Assembly (NCBI GenBank): GCA_001778985.1
Contig: MFIU01000001.1
Location: 50,111 to 114,110, forward strand
Direction of reading: 5' to 3'
Source: Candidatus Giovannonibacteria bacterium RIFOXYD1_FULL_48_21
GTDB taxonomy: Bacteria > Patescibacteriota > Minisyncoccia > JACPKW01 > UBA11713
Length of the DNA stretch: 64,000 nt
A model generated the notes under the pieces. The model saw only the letters and a list, made by a program, of their open reading frames with translations, searched no databases and had not been told where the DNA came from. The first letter of the stretch is position 1. Every line of letters begins with the position of its first letter. Below, one piece after another: positions 31,608 through 40,636 of this stretch. Position numbers and translations under genes: made by a program.

Positions 31608-32383
31608 AAGAAAAACTGCCGCCCATCCGGACGATGCGGTCGGATGCCGCGGCCGCGTCTCAAAAGCCCGGGACCTCGGCCATCTCTCTTCTGGCCCGCC
31701 GCCTGAAACAAAAACGAGACGAAACCCCCCAAAAACCTTCTTCGCCAAAACGAACGTGGCTCATCGCGGGGATTTTGATTTTTTTCCTCCTCGCCGCTCT
31801 GGCCGGCGCTTGGATTTATTTCAAATATTTAAAACTAGAGCCGCCGCCAGCGCCCGTCGAAGAGCGGCCGGAGAAATTGATTGCGGCCGAAGAAGAAATC
31901 TTGGACATTAAAGAGTTGGAAAATATTCTTTCACACGGGCCTGAAGTTGAAAAATTTAAAGTTATTTTTTTCAACTTAAGCCCGGGAGAATTTCTGGCGC
32001 GGACGGGTTTAAAGCCGCCCGCCAGATTAAAATCCCAAATCCAAGTTTACAATCTGGGGCTGTTTAACGACGCGGGCCTGATTCACCCGTTTTTGATATT
32101 CAAAGTGGCCTCATTTGAGGAAGCGTTCGCCGGAACGCTTTTGTGGGAAAAAAATATGCCCAAGGAATTTCAAATATTTTTTCCTCGTCTTCGCGAGGTA
32201 AGTGAGCTGGAAATATCTTTTCAGGACCAAGTCATTAAAAACCAAGACGCCCGGGTGCTGGTCCGAGACGGCGCGGCCGAATTCCTCTACACTTTTTTCA
32301 ATAAAAATCTTTTGATAGTAACCGATTCCCAAAAAACGCTCGAGGCCATAATTTCTCGCTATACCATATTTAGACCGAATTAA
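31580..32383 (+). CDS. Hypothetical membrane-anchored protein
   Basis: 267 aa with one TM helix (WLIAGILIFFLLAALAGAWIYF). Overlaps the pnp 3' end by 28 nt, so the start is uncertain; an alternative ATG is at 31634. Confidence 0.5.
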   Translation: MEPQASEPLKEKLPPIRTMRSDAAAASQKPGTSAISLLARRLKQKRDETPQKPSSPKRTWLIAGILIFFLLAALAGAWIYFKYLKLEPPPAPVEERPEKLIAAEEEILDIKELENILSHGPEVEKFKVIFFNLSPGEFLARTGLKPPARLKSQIQVYNLGLFNDAGLIHPFLIFKVASFEEAFAGTLLWEKNMPKEFQIFFPRLREVSELEISFQDQVIKNQDARVLVRDGAAEFLYTFFNKNLLIVTDSQKTLEAIISRYTIFRPN

Positions 32384-32423
32384 AAAGGTTGCGCCTCCAA
32401 AAAATCTAGTCTAATCTGGGCTA

Positions 32424-32780
32424 ATGGCTTGGGAAAGATTCAAAAAACTTTTGGAAGAAGAGAAAGTTAGGCTCGAGAAAGAACTCTCCCAGATTGCGAG
32501 GAAAAACCCGGAAAACCCGGAGGATTGGGAAGTGAAGGCGCCGGAGATGAATCCGATGGTTTCTGACCAGTCGGAGCTCGCGGATATGTTTGAAGAATTG
32601 GAAACCCAGGCCGGCTTGGAATACCAGCTAGAAGAGAGATTGAAAAAAGTGAACGCGGCTTTGAAAAGAATCGAGGATGGAAGCTACGGCGTCTGCTCGG
32701 TCTGTAGCGAGAAAATCGACGAGAAGCGTCTCGAGGCAAATCCTTTGGCAAAAAACTGCATCGAGCACACCGAGCAATAG
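32424..32780 (+). CDS. DksA/TraR-family C4-type zinc-finger protein
   Basis: C-terminal CSVCSEKIDEKRLEANPLAKNCIEHT. Confidence 0.7.
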   Translation: MAWERFKKLLEEEKVRLEKELSQIARKNPENPEDWEVKAPEMNPMVSDQSELADMFEELETQAGLEYQLEERLKKVNAALKRIEDGSYGVCSVCSEKIDEKRLEANPLAKNCIEHTEQ

Positions 32781-32782
32781 AT

Positions 32783-34312
32783 ATGACCGCGGTCAAAACT
32801 CACTCTGCGGAAATTGTGGGCCTGGCGGGAGAGATAATCGACGTGGAGGTGGACCTCTCCCCGGGCCTTTTTCATTTTTCCATCGTGGGCCTCGCGGACA
32901 AGGCCGTGGAAGAATCAAAAGAACGGGTCTCCTCGGCCATTAAAAATTCCGGCCTCCGGCACCCCCAGAAAAAAAACCAGCGGGTCGTGGTTTCTCTCGC
33001 TCCGGCCGACCTCAAAAAAGAAGGACCTTTGTTTGACCTGGCGATTGCCTTAGGCTATCTTCTGGCTTCGAATCAGATTGAATTCGAGCCAAAAGGAAAA
33101 ATTTTTCTGGGAGAGCTTGCTCTCGACGGCGGCTTAAGAAAAATAAAAGGCGCGCTAGCGCTGGCGCTCGCGGCCAAAGACCAAGGCTTTCAGGAAATAA
33201 TTCTCCCGGAAGAAAATGCGGCGGAGGCCAGCTTGGTAGAAGGAATAAAAATATTTGGAGTTAAAAGCTTGGGTGAGGTGCTGAAACATCTTATCGGCGA
33301 GAAGACACTTTTACCCCAGCCGCGGCTTAAAATTGAAAATAAAACTTTTTATCCGTTTGATTTCGGGGAGATTAAAGGACAGGAGCTCTCAAAGAGAGGG
33401 CTCACCCTGGCCGCGGCCGGAGGACATCATGTTTTGATGGTGGGCCCTCCCGGAACCGGTAAAACCATGTTAGCCCGGGCCCTGCCTTCAATTCTTCCGG
33501 AGATGAACTTTGATGAAATGCTGGAGGTAACCCGGATTCACTCTGTTTCGGGAAATTTAAAAAAGGCTTACCTTTCGGAGCGTCCGTTTCGAAATCCGCA
33601 CCACACCGCCTCCTACGTGGCGCTGGTTGGCGGCGGCCAGAGTCCGCATCCGGGAGAGATTACTTTGGCGCACCGCGGGGTTTTGTTTCTGGATGAATTT
33701 CCGGAATTCGAACGAAGAGTTCTCGAAGCGCTCCGCCAGCCTCTGGAAGACGGCGAGATTACGGTTTCCCGCGCCAAAGGAACTATCACTTTTCCGGCGA
33801 GAAGCCTTTTGGTTTTTGCCATGAACCCCTGCCCTTGCGGGAATTTCGGCTCGGAGAAAAAACCCTGCCTCTGCTCCACGCAGACCTTGTATCGCTACCA
33901 AAGAAAGGTTTCAGGACCAATCGCGGACCGGATTGATATTTGGCTTGAGGTGCCGCACTTTGAACACGAGAAAATGAGTCAGAAATCCAAACCAGAAAGT
34001 GAAGCAATTCGACAAAGAGTGAAGAGGGCTCGGGAAATTCAGGGAGAGCGCTTTCACGGCAAAGACATCGCTCTGAACGCCGAGATGCGGCCGAAAGAGC
34101 TGGAGGAGCTTACCCCGCTCTCTGGAGAAAACCAGGAACTTCTGCACACGGCCGCTAAAAAATTAGACCTCTCGGCCCGGGCCTATCACCGCGTGATTAA
34201 ACTTTCGCGCACCATCGCGGACCTCGAAGAATCTAAAAACATAAAACAAGAGCATCTTTTGGAAGCGCTCCAATACCGCCCCCGAAAAAACTTTTTCGTG
34301 TATGAAACTTGA
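32783..34312 (+). CDS. comM: ComM/YifB Mg-chelatase-like AAA+ ATPase
   Basis: N-terminal Lon-like domain (VSLAPADLKKEGPLFDLAIALGYL); Walker A GPPGTGKTM; ChlI-type C-terminus. Confidence 0.9.
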   Translation: MTAVKTHSAEIVGLAGEIIDVEVDLSPGLFHFSIVGLADKAVEESKERVSSAIKNSGLRHPQKKNQRVVVSLAPADLKKEGPLFDLAIALGYLLASNQIEFEPKGKIFLGELALDGGLRKIKGALALALAAKDQGFQEIILPEENAAEASLVEGIKIFGVKSLGEVLKHLIGEKTLLPQPRLKIENKTFYPFDFGEIKGQELSKRGLTLAAAGGHHVLMVGPPGTGKTMLARALPSILPEMNFDEMLEVTRIHSVSGNLKKAYLSERPFRNPHHTASYVALVGGGQSPHPGEITLAHRGVLFLDEFPEFERRVLEALRQPLEDGEITVSRAKGTITFPARSLLVFAMNPCPCGNFGSEKKPCLCSTQTLYRYQRKVSGPIADRIDIWLEVPHFEHEKMSQKSKPESEAIRQRVKRAREIQGERFHGKDIALNAEMRPKELEELTPLSGENQELLHTAAKKLDLSARAYHRVIKLSRTIADLEESKNIKQEHLLEALQYRPRKNFFVYET

Positions 34313-34346
34313 CCGAGAGTTAAGAATCTACTAAAATTAGTTCATC

Positions 34347-34532
34347 ATGACTCTGAACACCGAGATAAAAATTAAGAAAATGGAACGGGAGATAAAAGAA
34401 CTCTGGCAAATAGTCGGGGATGAGATATTTTGGCATCCCTCGGTTATCGATGAAATAAAAAAACGCTCGCGCCAAAGCCATTTGAATTTGAAGAAACTCA
34501 AGACCGCCAAAGAGCTTTTCGCATCCATTTAG
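34347..34532 (+). CDS. Small putative antitoxin-like protein
   Basis: 61 aa, charged and helical. Its stop directly abuts the ATG of the truncated RelE/ParE-like ORF. Confidence 0.35.
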   Translation: MTLNTEIKIKKMEREIKELWQIVGDEIFWHPSVIDEIKKRSRQSHLNLKKLKTAKELFASI

Positions 34533-34664
34533 ATGGCTAAGGTCTTATTTTCACCTGCGGCGGAGAAAGACGTAAAACATCTCGAGGCAGGCGTCCAAAC
34601 TGAATTAAAAGATAAACACATTCGCGATAATTTCTATAAAAAGTTTTCTCGACGAATTCGCTAG
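34533..34664 (+). pseudogene. Truncated RelE/ParE-like toxin remnant (43 codons)
   Basis: MAKVLFSPAAEKDVKHLEAGVQTELKDKHI resembles the N-terminus of RelE/ParE toxins, but the ORF stops after 43 aa with no continuation in the other frames. Confidence 0.35.
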
Positions 34665-34699
34665 CAACGAAAAAGCGCGTAAGGCCTTATTTTTCGAGG

Positions 34700-35719
34700 C
34701 TAAAACGGGTTCCTCGCCCCGCGGACCTCAAAATGCACATGGCAGCCGGTGGATTGGCCGGTGCGGCCGACATAGCCCAAAACCTGGCCCTGAACCACAT
34801 GCCAGCCAGGAGACGCAATGATTCCGTTTAAGTGAGCGTAAAGAGTCTGGGTACCGTTGGAATGGGAGAGGACGGCATACTGGCCGTAGCCGCCGTTCCA
34901 GCCGGTCGGCCGCGAAATCAAAACCTCTCCCGAAGCCGAGGCCAAAATCGGCGAGCCGCAATAAGTCGCGAGGTCAACTCCGTTATAGCCGTGAAGCCCT
35001 TGTGACTTCCGGCCGCCATTTATCGGTCTAATATAGTACCCGGAGTAACTCGGGCCGCCGGTTCCGCGGACGTTAGACGACGAATAGCTGACAAGCGGTT
35101 CTGCTTCACCGTTGGGAATGATGAGGGCCATCCCTTCCTCTAAAACGTCTTCCGAACCAAGCCCGTTGAAGCTTAAAATCTCTTCAGCATCCCCGCCGAA
35201 TTTTTTGGCAATGAACTTAAGCGTATCGCCTTTTTTAACCGTGTACTGCACTCCGGAGACCGGCAGAATCACCAGCACTTCGCCGGGGCTTATCAGGGTG
35301 GAGCGCGTAAGGTTGTTAGCCCAGCGGATGGTGTTGACTGAAACCCCGAAAATTCTGGCGATGGAAGAAAGAGTATCTCCCTGCCGCACCGCGTAAAGCG
35401 AGATTGAATCCGGCCGTTGCTCCACCACGTCCGCGATGGAGCCCAACGGCCCGGTTACGGGCAAGAGGGCGGAATTTTGCACGATATTAACCTCACCGCC
35501 GCCCACGCCCGCCAAAAGATTGGCGTTAAACGGCGCCGAAAGCAGGGGCAGGGTTTGAGAATTCCCCGAGATCGTGCTGGCCTCATTGGTCCAGCCGAGA
35601 ATCTTCTCAAAAATATTGAAAAATTTAGCCTCTGCTCGGGAAAGGCCTAAAAGAAAAGAAAAAAACAAAGAAATAATCAAAAAGCCGAGAAGAAAAAGCG
35701 CGTTTGAATTGGAGTACAA
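34700..35719 (-). CDS. M23-family metallopeptidase with two LysM domains
   Basis: LysM repeats (YAVRQGDTLSSIARIFGVSVNTI and YTVKKGDTLKFIAKKFG). M23 catalytic motifs (HGYNGVDL, HVHFEV). Confidence 0.85.
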   Translation of the reverse strand: MYSNSNALFLLGFLIISLFFSFLLGLSRAEAKFFNIFEKILGWTNEASTISGNSQTLPLLSAPFNANLLAGVGGGEVNIVQNSALLPVTGPLGSIADVVEQRPDSISLYAVRQGDTLSSIARIFGVSVNTIRWANNLTRSTLISPGEVLVILPVSGVQYTVKKGDTLKFIAKKFGGDAEEILSFNGLGSEDVLEEGMALIIPNGEAEPLVSYSSSNVRGTGGPSYSGYYIRPINGGRKSQGLHGYNGVDLATYCGSPILASASGEVLISRPTGWNGGYGQYAVLSHSNGTQTLYAHLNGIIASPGWHVVQGQVLGYVGRTGQSTGCHVHFEVRGARNPF

Positions 35720-35833
35720 TGGTTTATGGTCTAATGAATTAAAAGATAGCTATACGCTATCTCAATTTCATACTTTACCATTTTTTAGGCTCTTTCTTAT
35801 CCCCACGGAAAATAAAGATATACTTTTAATAAT

Positions 35834-37711
35834 ATGTCAATGGAATTTAGCTTAAATCAGGCTCAAGAAAGGGCTGTATTGACAGCGGACGGCCCAGTAT
35901 TGATAGTAGCAGGGGCTGGTTCAGGCAAAACCATGGTCTTGGCGCACCGCATAGCGCATCTGATTGAAAAAGGCGTCAAGGCAGACCAGATTTTGGCCAT
36001 CACTTTCACCAATAAGGCGGCTGAAGAGATGCGGAATCGCATAAACTCCTTAATTCCCAATTCCCAATTCCCAATTCCCAAACCCTGGGTGGGCACCTTT
36101 CACTCTTTTTCGGCCTTTGTCCTGCGCCAATCAGGCCGGGCCATTGGCGTTGGCAAAACTTTCTCGATTGTGGACGAAGAAGACAGCTTGGCCCTGGTCA
36201 AAGAAGCGCTCGCGGATTTAGAATTGGACCCTAAAAAATTTGAACCAAGAAAACTTCGCGCCCTAATCTCTCGAAAGAAAAACGAAATGGAAGGCCGGGA
36301 AAATTTTAATCAAAGTTATTTTGAAAAAATTCTCGTCCGGGTCTGGGAAAAATATGAAGAGAAGTTGGAAAAAGCCAAAGCGCTCGACTTTGACGACCTG
36401 CTTTTGAAAACCGTGGAACTTTTCTCTAAACACCCCGGGATTTTGGAAGAATGGCAGGAACGCTTCCGCTATCTCCACGTGGACGAATACCAGGACACCA
36501 ATTTGGTGCAGTACCATCTGGCGAAACTTCTCGCCCAAAAATACAGAAATATCTGCGTGGTGGGCGATATTGACCAGGCGATTTACTCCTGGCGCGGCGC
36601 AGACTTCAGAAACATCCTTCATTTCGAACGGGACTGGCCGGAGGCGAAAATAATCACCCTGGAGGAAAATTACCGCTCCACCCAATTGATTCTCGACGCC
36701 GCGAACGCCGTGATTGTCAAAAACAAATCACGCGTTCCTAAAAATCTTTTCTCACAGAAAAAATCCGGCCCCAAGATTACTCTTTTTGAATCCGTAAGCG
36801 AAGAAGAAGAGGCCAGCTTCATCGCGGCGCTTTCCAAAACCCTGGTTCGGGACGGCAAAATCCCGCCGCGGGAGATCGCGGTTCTGTACCGCACCAATTT
36901 CCAGTCGCGGATTCTGGAAGAAAAAATGTTAGAGGAGAATATTCCATACCAAGTGGTGGGCGTTAAATTTTACGAACGAAAAGAAATCAAAGACACGCTC
37001 GCCTACCTCAAGGCCTCGTTAAATAGCGAAGATTTGCTTTCAGTAAAAAGAATAATAAATTTTCCGCCGCGCGGAATCGGGAAAGCGCTTTTGACGAAGT
37101 TTTTGGCTGGAGAAAAATTGCGACAGGCAGAAGAGTTCATAAAAATAACCTCGGAAATTAAAGATGCAATCGAAACAAAAAACGCGAGTGAGGCTGTAAA
37201 AAGCGTCATCCAAAAATCCGGCCTCGAGGACTATCTTCAAGACGGAACAGAGGAAAGCGAGATGAGGCTTTCAAATATAAAAGAACTCGTGACCCTTGCC
37301 AGGCGCTATGACGAAGCTAAACCGCCGGAAGGGATTTTAAAACTTTTGGAGGACGCGGCGTTGATGTCTGAACAGGATACCATGAAAAAGGAAGAGAACT
37401 CCGTGAAACTTATGACCGTGCACGCGGCCAAAGGCCTGGAATTTAAAATGGTTTTTATCGCGGGCCTCGAAGAAGGATTATTTCCGCACCGCGCCATCTC
37501 CAGAGAAGACGAAGAACTGCGCCAGGAAGAAGAAAGACGGCTTTTTTACGTGGCCTTAACCCGCGCCAAGGAGAAAATCTATCTCTCCTACGCCGTTTTT
37601 CGGACTATTTTCGGAGAGCGAAGAATCAATCTTCCGTCGAGTTTTCTCTTGGATATCCCGGAGGAGTTTTTAGAGCGCGCCCCGGATAAAATAATCACTT
37701 TGGAATCATGA
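35834..37711 (+). CDS. pcrA: ATP-dependent DNA helicase PcrA/UvrD, short form
   Basis: GAGSGKT Walker A, DEYQDTN motif II, TVHAAKGLEF motif. Contains an in-frame (AATTCCC)x4 repeat at 36052-36079. Confidence 0.9.
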   Translation: MSMEFSLNQAQERAVLTADGPVLIVAGAGSGKTMVLAHRIAHLIEKGVKADQILAITFTNKAAEEMRNRINSLIPNSQFPIPKPWVGTFHSFSAFVLRQSGRAIGVGKTFSIVDEEDSLALVKEALADLELDPKKFEPRKLRALISRKKNEMEGRENFNQSYFEKILVRVWEKYEEKLEKAKALDFDDLLLKTVELFSKHPGILEEWQERFRYLHVDEYQDTNLVQYHLAKLLAQKYRNICVVGDIDQAIYSWRGADFRNILHFERDWPEAKIITLEENYRSTQLILDAANAVIVKNKSRVPKNLFSQKKSGPKITLFESVSEEEEASFIAALSKTLVRDGKIPPREIAVLYRTNFQSRILEEKMLEENIPYQVVGVKFYERKEIKDTLAYLKASLNSEDLLSVKRIINFPPRGIGKALLTKFLAGEKLRQAEEFIKITSEIKDAIETKNASEAVKSVIQKSGLEDYLQDGTEESEMRLSNIKELVTLARRYDEAKPPEGILKLLEDAALMSEQDTMKKEENSVKLMTVHAAKGLEFKMVFIAGLEEGLFPHRAISREDEELRQEEERRLFYVALTRAKEKIYLSYAVFRTIFGERRINLPSSFLLDIPEEFLERAPDKIITLES

Positions 37712-37781
37712 ACCCCGTTAGAAATAAATCGCCCAAGGCGATTGCCGACATGCCTTTGGCAAGTCGGATTTCTAACGGGGT
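37712..37781 (+). other. Second copy of the clamp-type structured element. A 14-bp outer stem (ACCCCGTTAGAAAT / ATTTCTAACGGGGT) encloses two hairpins, between the pcrA stop and the ksgA start.
   Basis: 37712-37725 pairs with 37768-37781. Inner hairpins are aatcgcc/ggcgatt and ccgac..tgcc-ttt-ggca..gtcgg. The probable ksgA ATG (37750) lies inside the second hairpin. Confidence 0.55.
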
Positions 37782-38520
37782 GAAGCCAAAAAAGCGGCTG
37801 GGACAGCATTTTTTAAGGAATAAAAAAATTCTGGAAGAAATTGCTCGGGCGGCCGAGCTTTCGAAGCGAGATATAGTTCTAGAAGTTGGCCCGGGACACG
37901 GAGAACTTACGGAATTTTTGGCCGCATCCGCTGGAAAAGTTATCGCCGTGGAAAAAGACCATGAACTTACTCTATTTCTTAAAGAAAAATTCAAAAATTA
38001 CAAAAATGTCGAAATCGTTGAAGGAGATATTTTGAAAATTGGAAAATTGAAAATTGAAAATTATAAAGTGGCGGCAAATCTTCCATACTACATTACTTCG
38101 CGTTTTTTGCGGGCTTTTCTGGAGGCAAAAAATAAGCCAAAGCTCATGGTCTTAATGGTACAATACGAGGTCGCAAAACGAATTTGCGCGAAGCCGCCCG
38201 GAATGAATTTGCTGGCGCTCTCGGTTCAGGCTTACGCCCGACCGAAGTTTATCAGAAAAGTTTCAAAAAAATATTTCTTCCCTCCGCCCAAAGTTGACTC
38301 TGCTATTATCAAATTGTTGAACATTGAATGTTCAACATGTTCGACATTGCCGCCAAAGTTTTGGAAGGTAGTGCGCTTGGCCTTCCAGCAGAAACGAAAA
38401 ATGCTCCGGCATTTATCCGTGCCGAAAAAATATGAAACCAAGCGCCCCCAGGAACTTTCGCTGGAAGATTGGCTAAAAATCATCCGCAGCCGCAAATATT
38501 TAACATGCCATCCCAAATAA
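37750..38520 (+). CDS. rsmA: 16S rRNA (adenine1518/1519-N6)-dimethyltransferase
   Basis: RLGQHFL, SAM-binding VLEVGPGHGELT, NLPYYIT. Start chosen at MPLASRISN; the ORF track starts at 37708. Contains an in-frame (GAAAATT)x4 repeat at 38034-38062. Confidence 0.85.
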   Translation: MPLASRISNGVKPKKRLGQHFLRNKKILEEIARAAELSKRDIVLEVGPGHGELTEFLAASAGKVIAVEKDHELTLFLKEKFKNYKNVEIVEGDILKIGKLKIENYKVAANLPYYITSRFLRAFLEAKNKPKLMVLMVQYEVAKRICAKPPGMNLLALSVQAYARPKFIRKVSKKYFFPPPKVDSAIIKLLNIECSTCSTLPPKFWKVVRLAFQQKRKMLRHLSVPKKYETKRPQELSLEDWLKIIRSRKYLTCHPK

Positions 38521-39607
38521 ACGGCTTGCCGCGTCCGCCGCAAAGATTCCAGCATCCTAAATAACCGCAACACGGGCTTGCGATGCAACAAGGAACTCCA
38601 TAAAGGTTACCCCCGGTAAGACTTGGCACACCCTCTTGGAAGCAAAACAGGGGCGTTGAACAATGACACTTGCATTTTGCTTCAACAATATTGATAGGCA
38701 GCGCGGTAAGAAGTAAATTCATAAGCCCGGTGAGATATTTCGAGAGCACTCGCCTGCCGCTTCCGGAATCTGGCGCTTGGGAAGTAGGACCCTCGCCGGA
38801 TGATCTCAATATCTCATTGAATTCGTCGCCGTAACCTTGGCTTTCCATAAGCTCCCTAAACTCTTTTTCCGCCTCTTCCGGCGAAGCCCATGTCCCAGTC
38901 ACGGGTATTCTGCCTTCTCTAATAGCTTTGAGGGATATCGCCTCCTTTAATTTGAAGTTGTCCGAAGCGCCGAAAACAAGTTTAGCGCCTTCCAAATACG
39001 CCTCATAGCCCGTCTGATCAATAATGCCGCTGCTTAAAAGATACCCAAAGAGACGGTCATTAAAATTCTTCACTTCTTCTTCGTTTCTGAAAGCAACCTT
39101 TTCACTGGAACGCAATGCGCCTTCTTCTATTAAAAACGCCTGCGCCTGGTTCAGCGCTTCAATGTAAAAATCCGGATAAAGCAGGTCAAAAATTTCCTCT
39201 TTGGTAAGCGAGCTGGACGAGGCCGCGTTGGCAGGCGAAGCCGGCAATGGAGGCAAGCCCGGAAACAGCGGGGAAGCGGGCGGAAACGGCGAGAAAATTT
39301 TTCCGAATGTTTCCAAAAACGGCCCAAGGGCCTCGGAAGAGGGTTCTAAAATCGCCTCCGCAGAGGGGGCATTGAATATTGAAAAATTTCCGCTGGCAGG
39401 ATTTTCGTTAAAAACTCCGCCTTGAATAGGTACAAAAGCGCGACCAGCGGTTCCAGAATCAGGAAATAGCCGTAAATCCGGACTTCTGGCCGAAGGAGAG
39501 CTCGTGGAAACATTAAAAGCCGAGTACCAAACGTAAATAAGAAGGCTAAAAATAGCCAAAATTGCCGCCGCAATCAAAAAAAGGAAATTATACCTGCTTT
39601 TCAACAT
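38480..39607 (-). CDS. Hypothetical secreted protein with an N-terminal anchor, a Pro/Ala/Ser-rich linker and a Cys-rich C-terminus
   Basis: 375 aa. C-terminal ...CKCHCSTPLFC...CCIASPCCGYLGCWNLCGG...ICGCG. Its 3' end overlaps the ksgA 3' end; the genes are convergent. Confidence 0.55.
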   Translation of the reverse strand: MLKSRYNFLFLIAAAILAIFSLLIYVWYSAFNVSTSSPSARSPDLRLFPDSGTAGRAFVPIQGGVFNENPASGNFSIFNAPSAEAILEPSSEALGPFLETFGKIFSPFPPASPLFPGLPPLPASPANAASSSSLTKEEIFDLLYPDFYIEALNQAQAFLIEEGALRSSEKVAFRNEEEVKNFNDRLFGYLLSSGIIDQTGYEAYLEGAKLVFGASDNFKLKEAISLKAIREGRIPVTGTWASPEEAEKEFRELMESQGYGDEFNEILRSSGEGPTSQAPDSGSGRRVLSKYLTGLMNLLLTALPINIVEAKCKCHCSTPLFCFQEGVPSLTGGNLYGVPCCIASPCCGYLGCWNLCGGRGKPFIWDGMLNICGCG

Positions 39608-39695
39608 CCTAATTCAATTATCGCCCACCAAATCCACAATTTCTAGAAAGTTTATGCACAAAATGAACCCAGAAAACCCCCTATAATAAAGTAGG

Positions 39696-40634
39696 GTGAA
39701 GTATTTACCGAGCCCAAGAATTTTAGGCTTTTTTGTCATAATTTCAGCCCTCGCCGGGGTGGGGTGGTTTTGGTATTTTTCTCCTTCTTCGAACAAAAGC
39801 GAGGTCTATGAAAACGGCGCCTTGACAGCCGGGTCCGTAAATAAAATCACGGCAGACGCTGACGGCGACGGGCTGCAAGACTGGGAAGAGGTTTTATGGA
39901 AAACCGACCCCAAAAACCCGGATTCTGACGGAGACGGCATATTTGATGGCGACGAAACAAGGCCAGCAAACAATCTAAAAGCCGCCATTTCAGAAAAACT
40001 TCCCGAAGAGCCGAACCTGACCGAAGCCTTCTCTGGAGCTTTCGCGCGCTCAATCGGCCCGAGAATTCTGGAAGAAGGCGGGCTGTCCGGCATATCCGCC
40101 GCCGATCTGCAGGGGATCGCAGGCTATCTCCCGAGTTCGGATTCGCTGCTGCCTGAACCTGAAAAAATAACGAGCGACGACATAATTATCTCTGAGAAAA
40201 ATGACAATACTGCGGTTAAAAAATATTTTTCGGATCTCTTTTCCGTCTACGAAAAAACTTTCTACACGCTCACAGAAGACGATTTCTCTATACTGGAGCG
40301 CGCCTTTCGGGAAGAAAATTTCAGCGAACTCGCCAAGATTGACGAAATCATAAATGTTTTTGAAAAAAGTTTTCAGGGAGTGAAAAAACTTCCCGTGCCC
40401 GGGGGTTGGGAAAATTTCACGATAAAAGAACTTGGCTATATTCTGCGCACCAAACAGATTTTGGAAAAAATCAGGGGCGCGGGCCAAGATCCTCTCTCCG
40501 CGCTGATTTTGCTTCCGAAGCGAGTAGAACTTATGAACGAGGTTAATAAATTTCACAAAGAAACCGGAGAACTTCTTAAAGATAAGGGAATAACTTTCAG
40601 CGAGAGCGAAGGGGCTTATAAAATTTTCCATTAA
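39696..40634 (+). CDS. Membrane-anchored secreted protein with Ca-binding-like Asp-rich repeats. First gene of the T4SS-like cluster.
   Basis: N-terminal TM helix, then DADGDGLQDWEE...DPKNPDSDGDGIFDGDE (thrombospondin-type-3-like DxDxDG). TATAAT at 39683 and GGGTGA upstream. Confidence 0.55.
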   Translation: MKYLPSPRILGFFVIISALAGVGWFWYFSPSSNKSEVYENGALTAGSVNKITADADGDGLQDWEEVLWKTDPKNPDSDGDGIFDGDETRPANNLKAAISEKLPEEPNLTEAFSGAFARSIGPRILEEGGLSGISAADLQGIAGYLPSSDSLLPEPEKITSDDIIISEKNDNTAVKKYFSDLFSVYEKTFYTLTEDDFSILERAFREENFSELAKIDEIINVFEKSFQGVKKLPVPGGWENFTIKELGYILRTKQILEKIRGAGQDPLSALILLPKRVELMNEVNKFHKETGELLKDKGITFSESEGAYKIFH

Positions 40635-40636
40635 GC

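Noticed and set aside
30321-31748. Long antisense ORFs inside pnp (30980..31591, 31086..31748, 30321..30653)
   Set aside because: They overlap a highly conserved PNPase CDS. They have biased Ala/Arg/Ser composition and no independent start signals.
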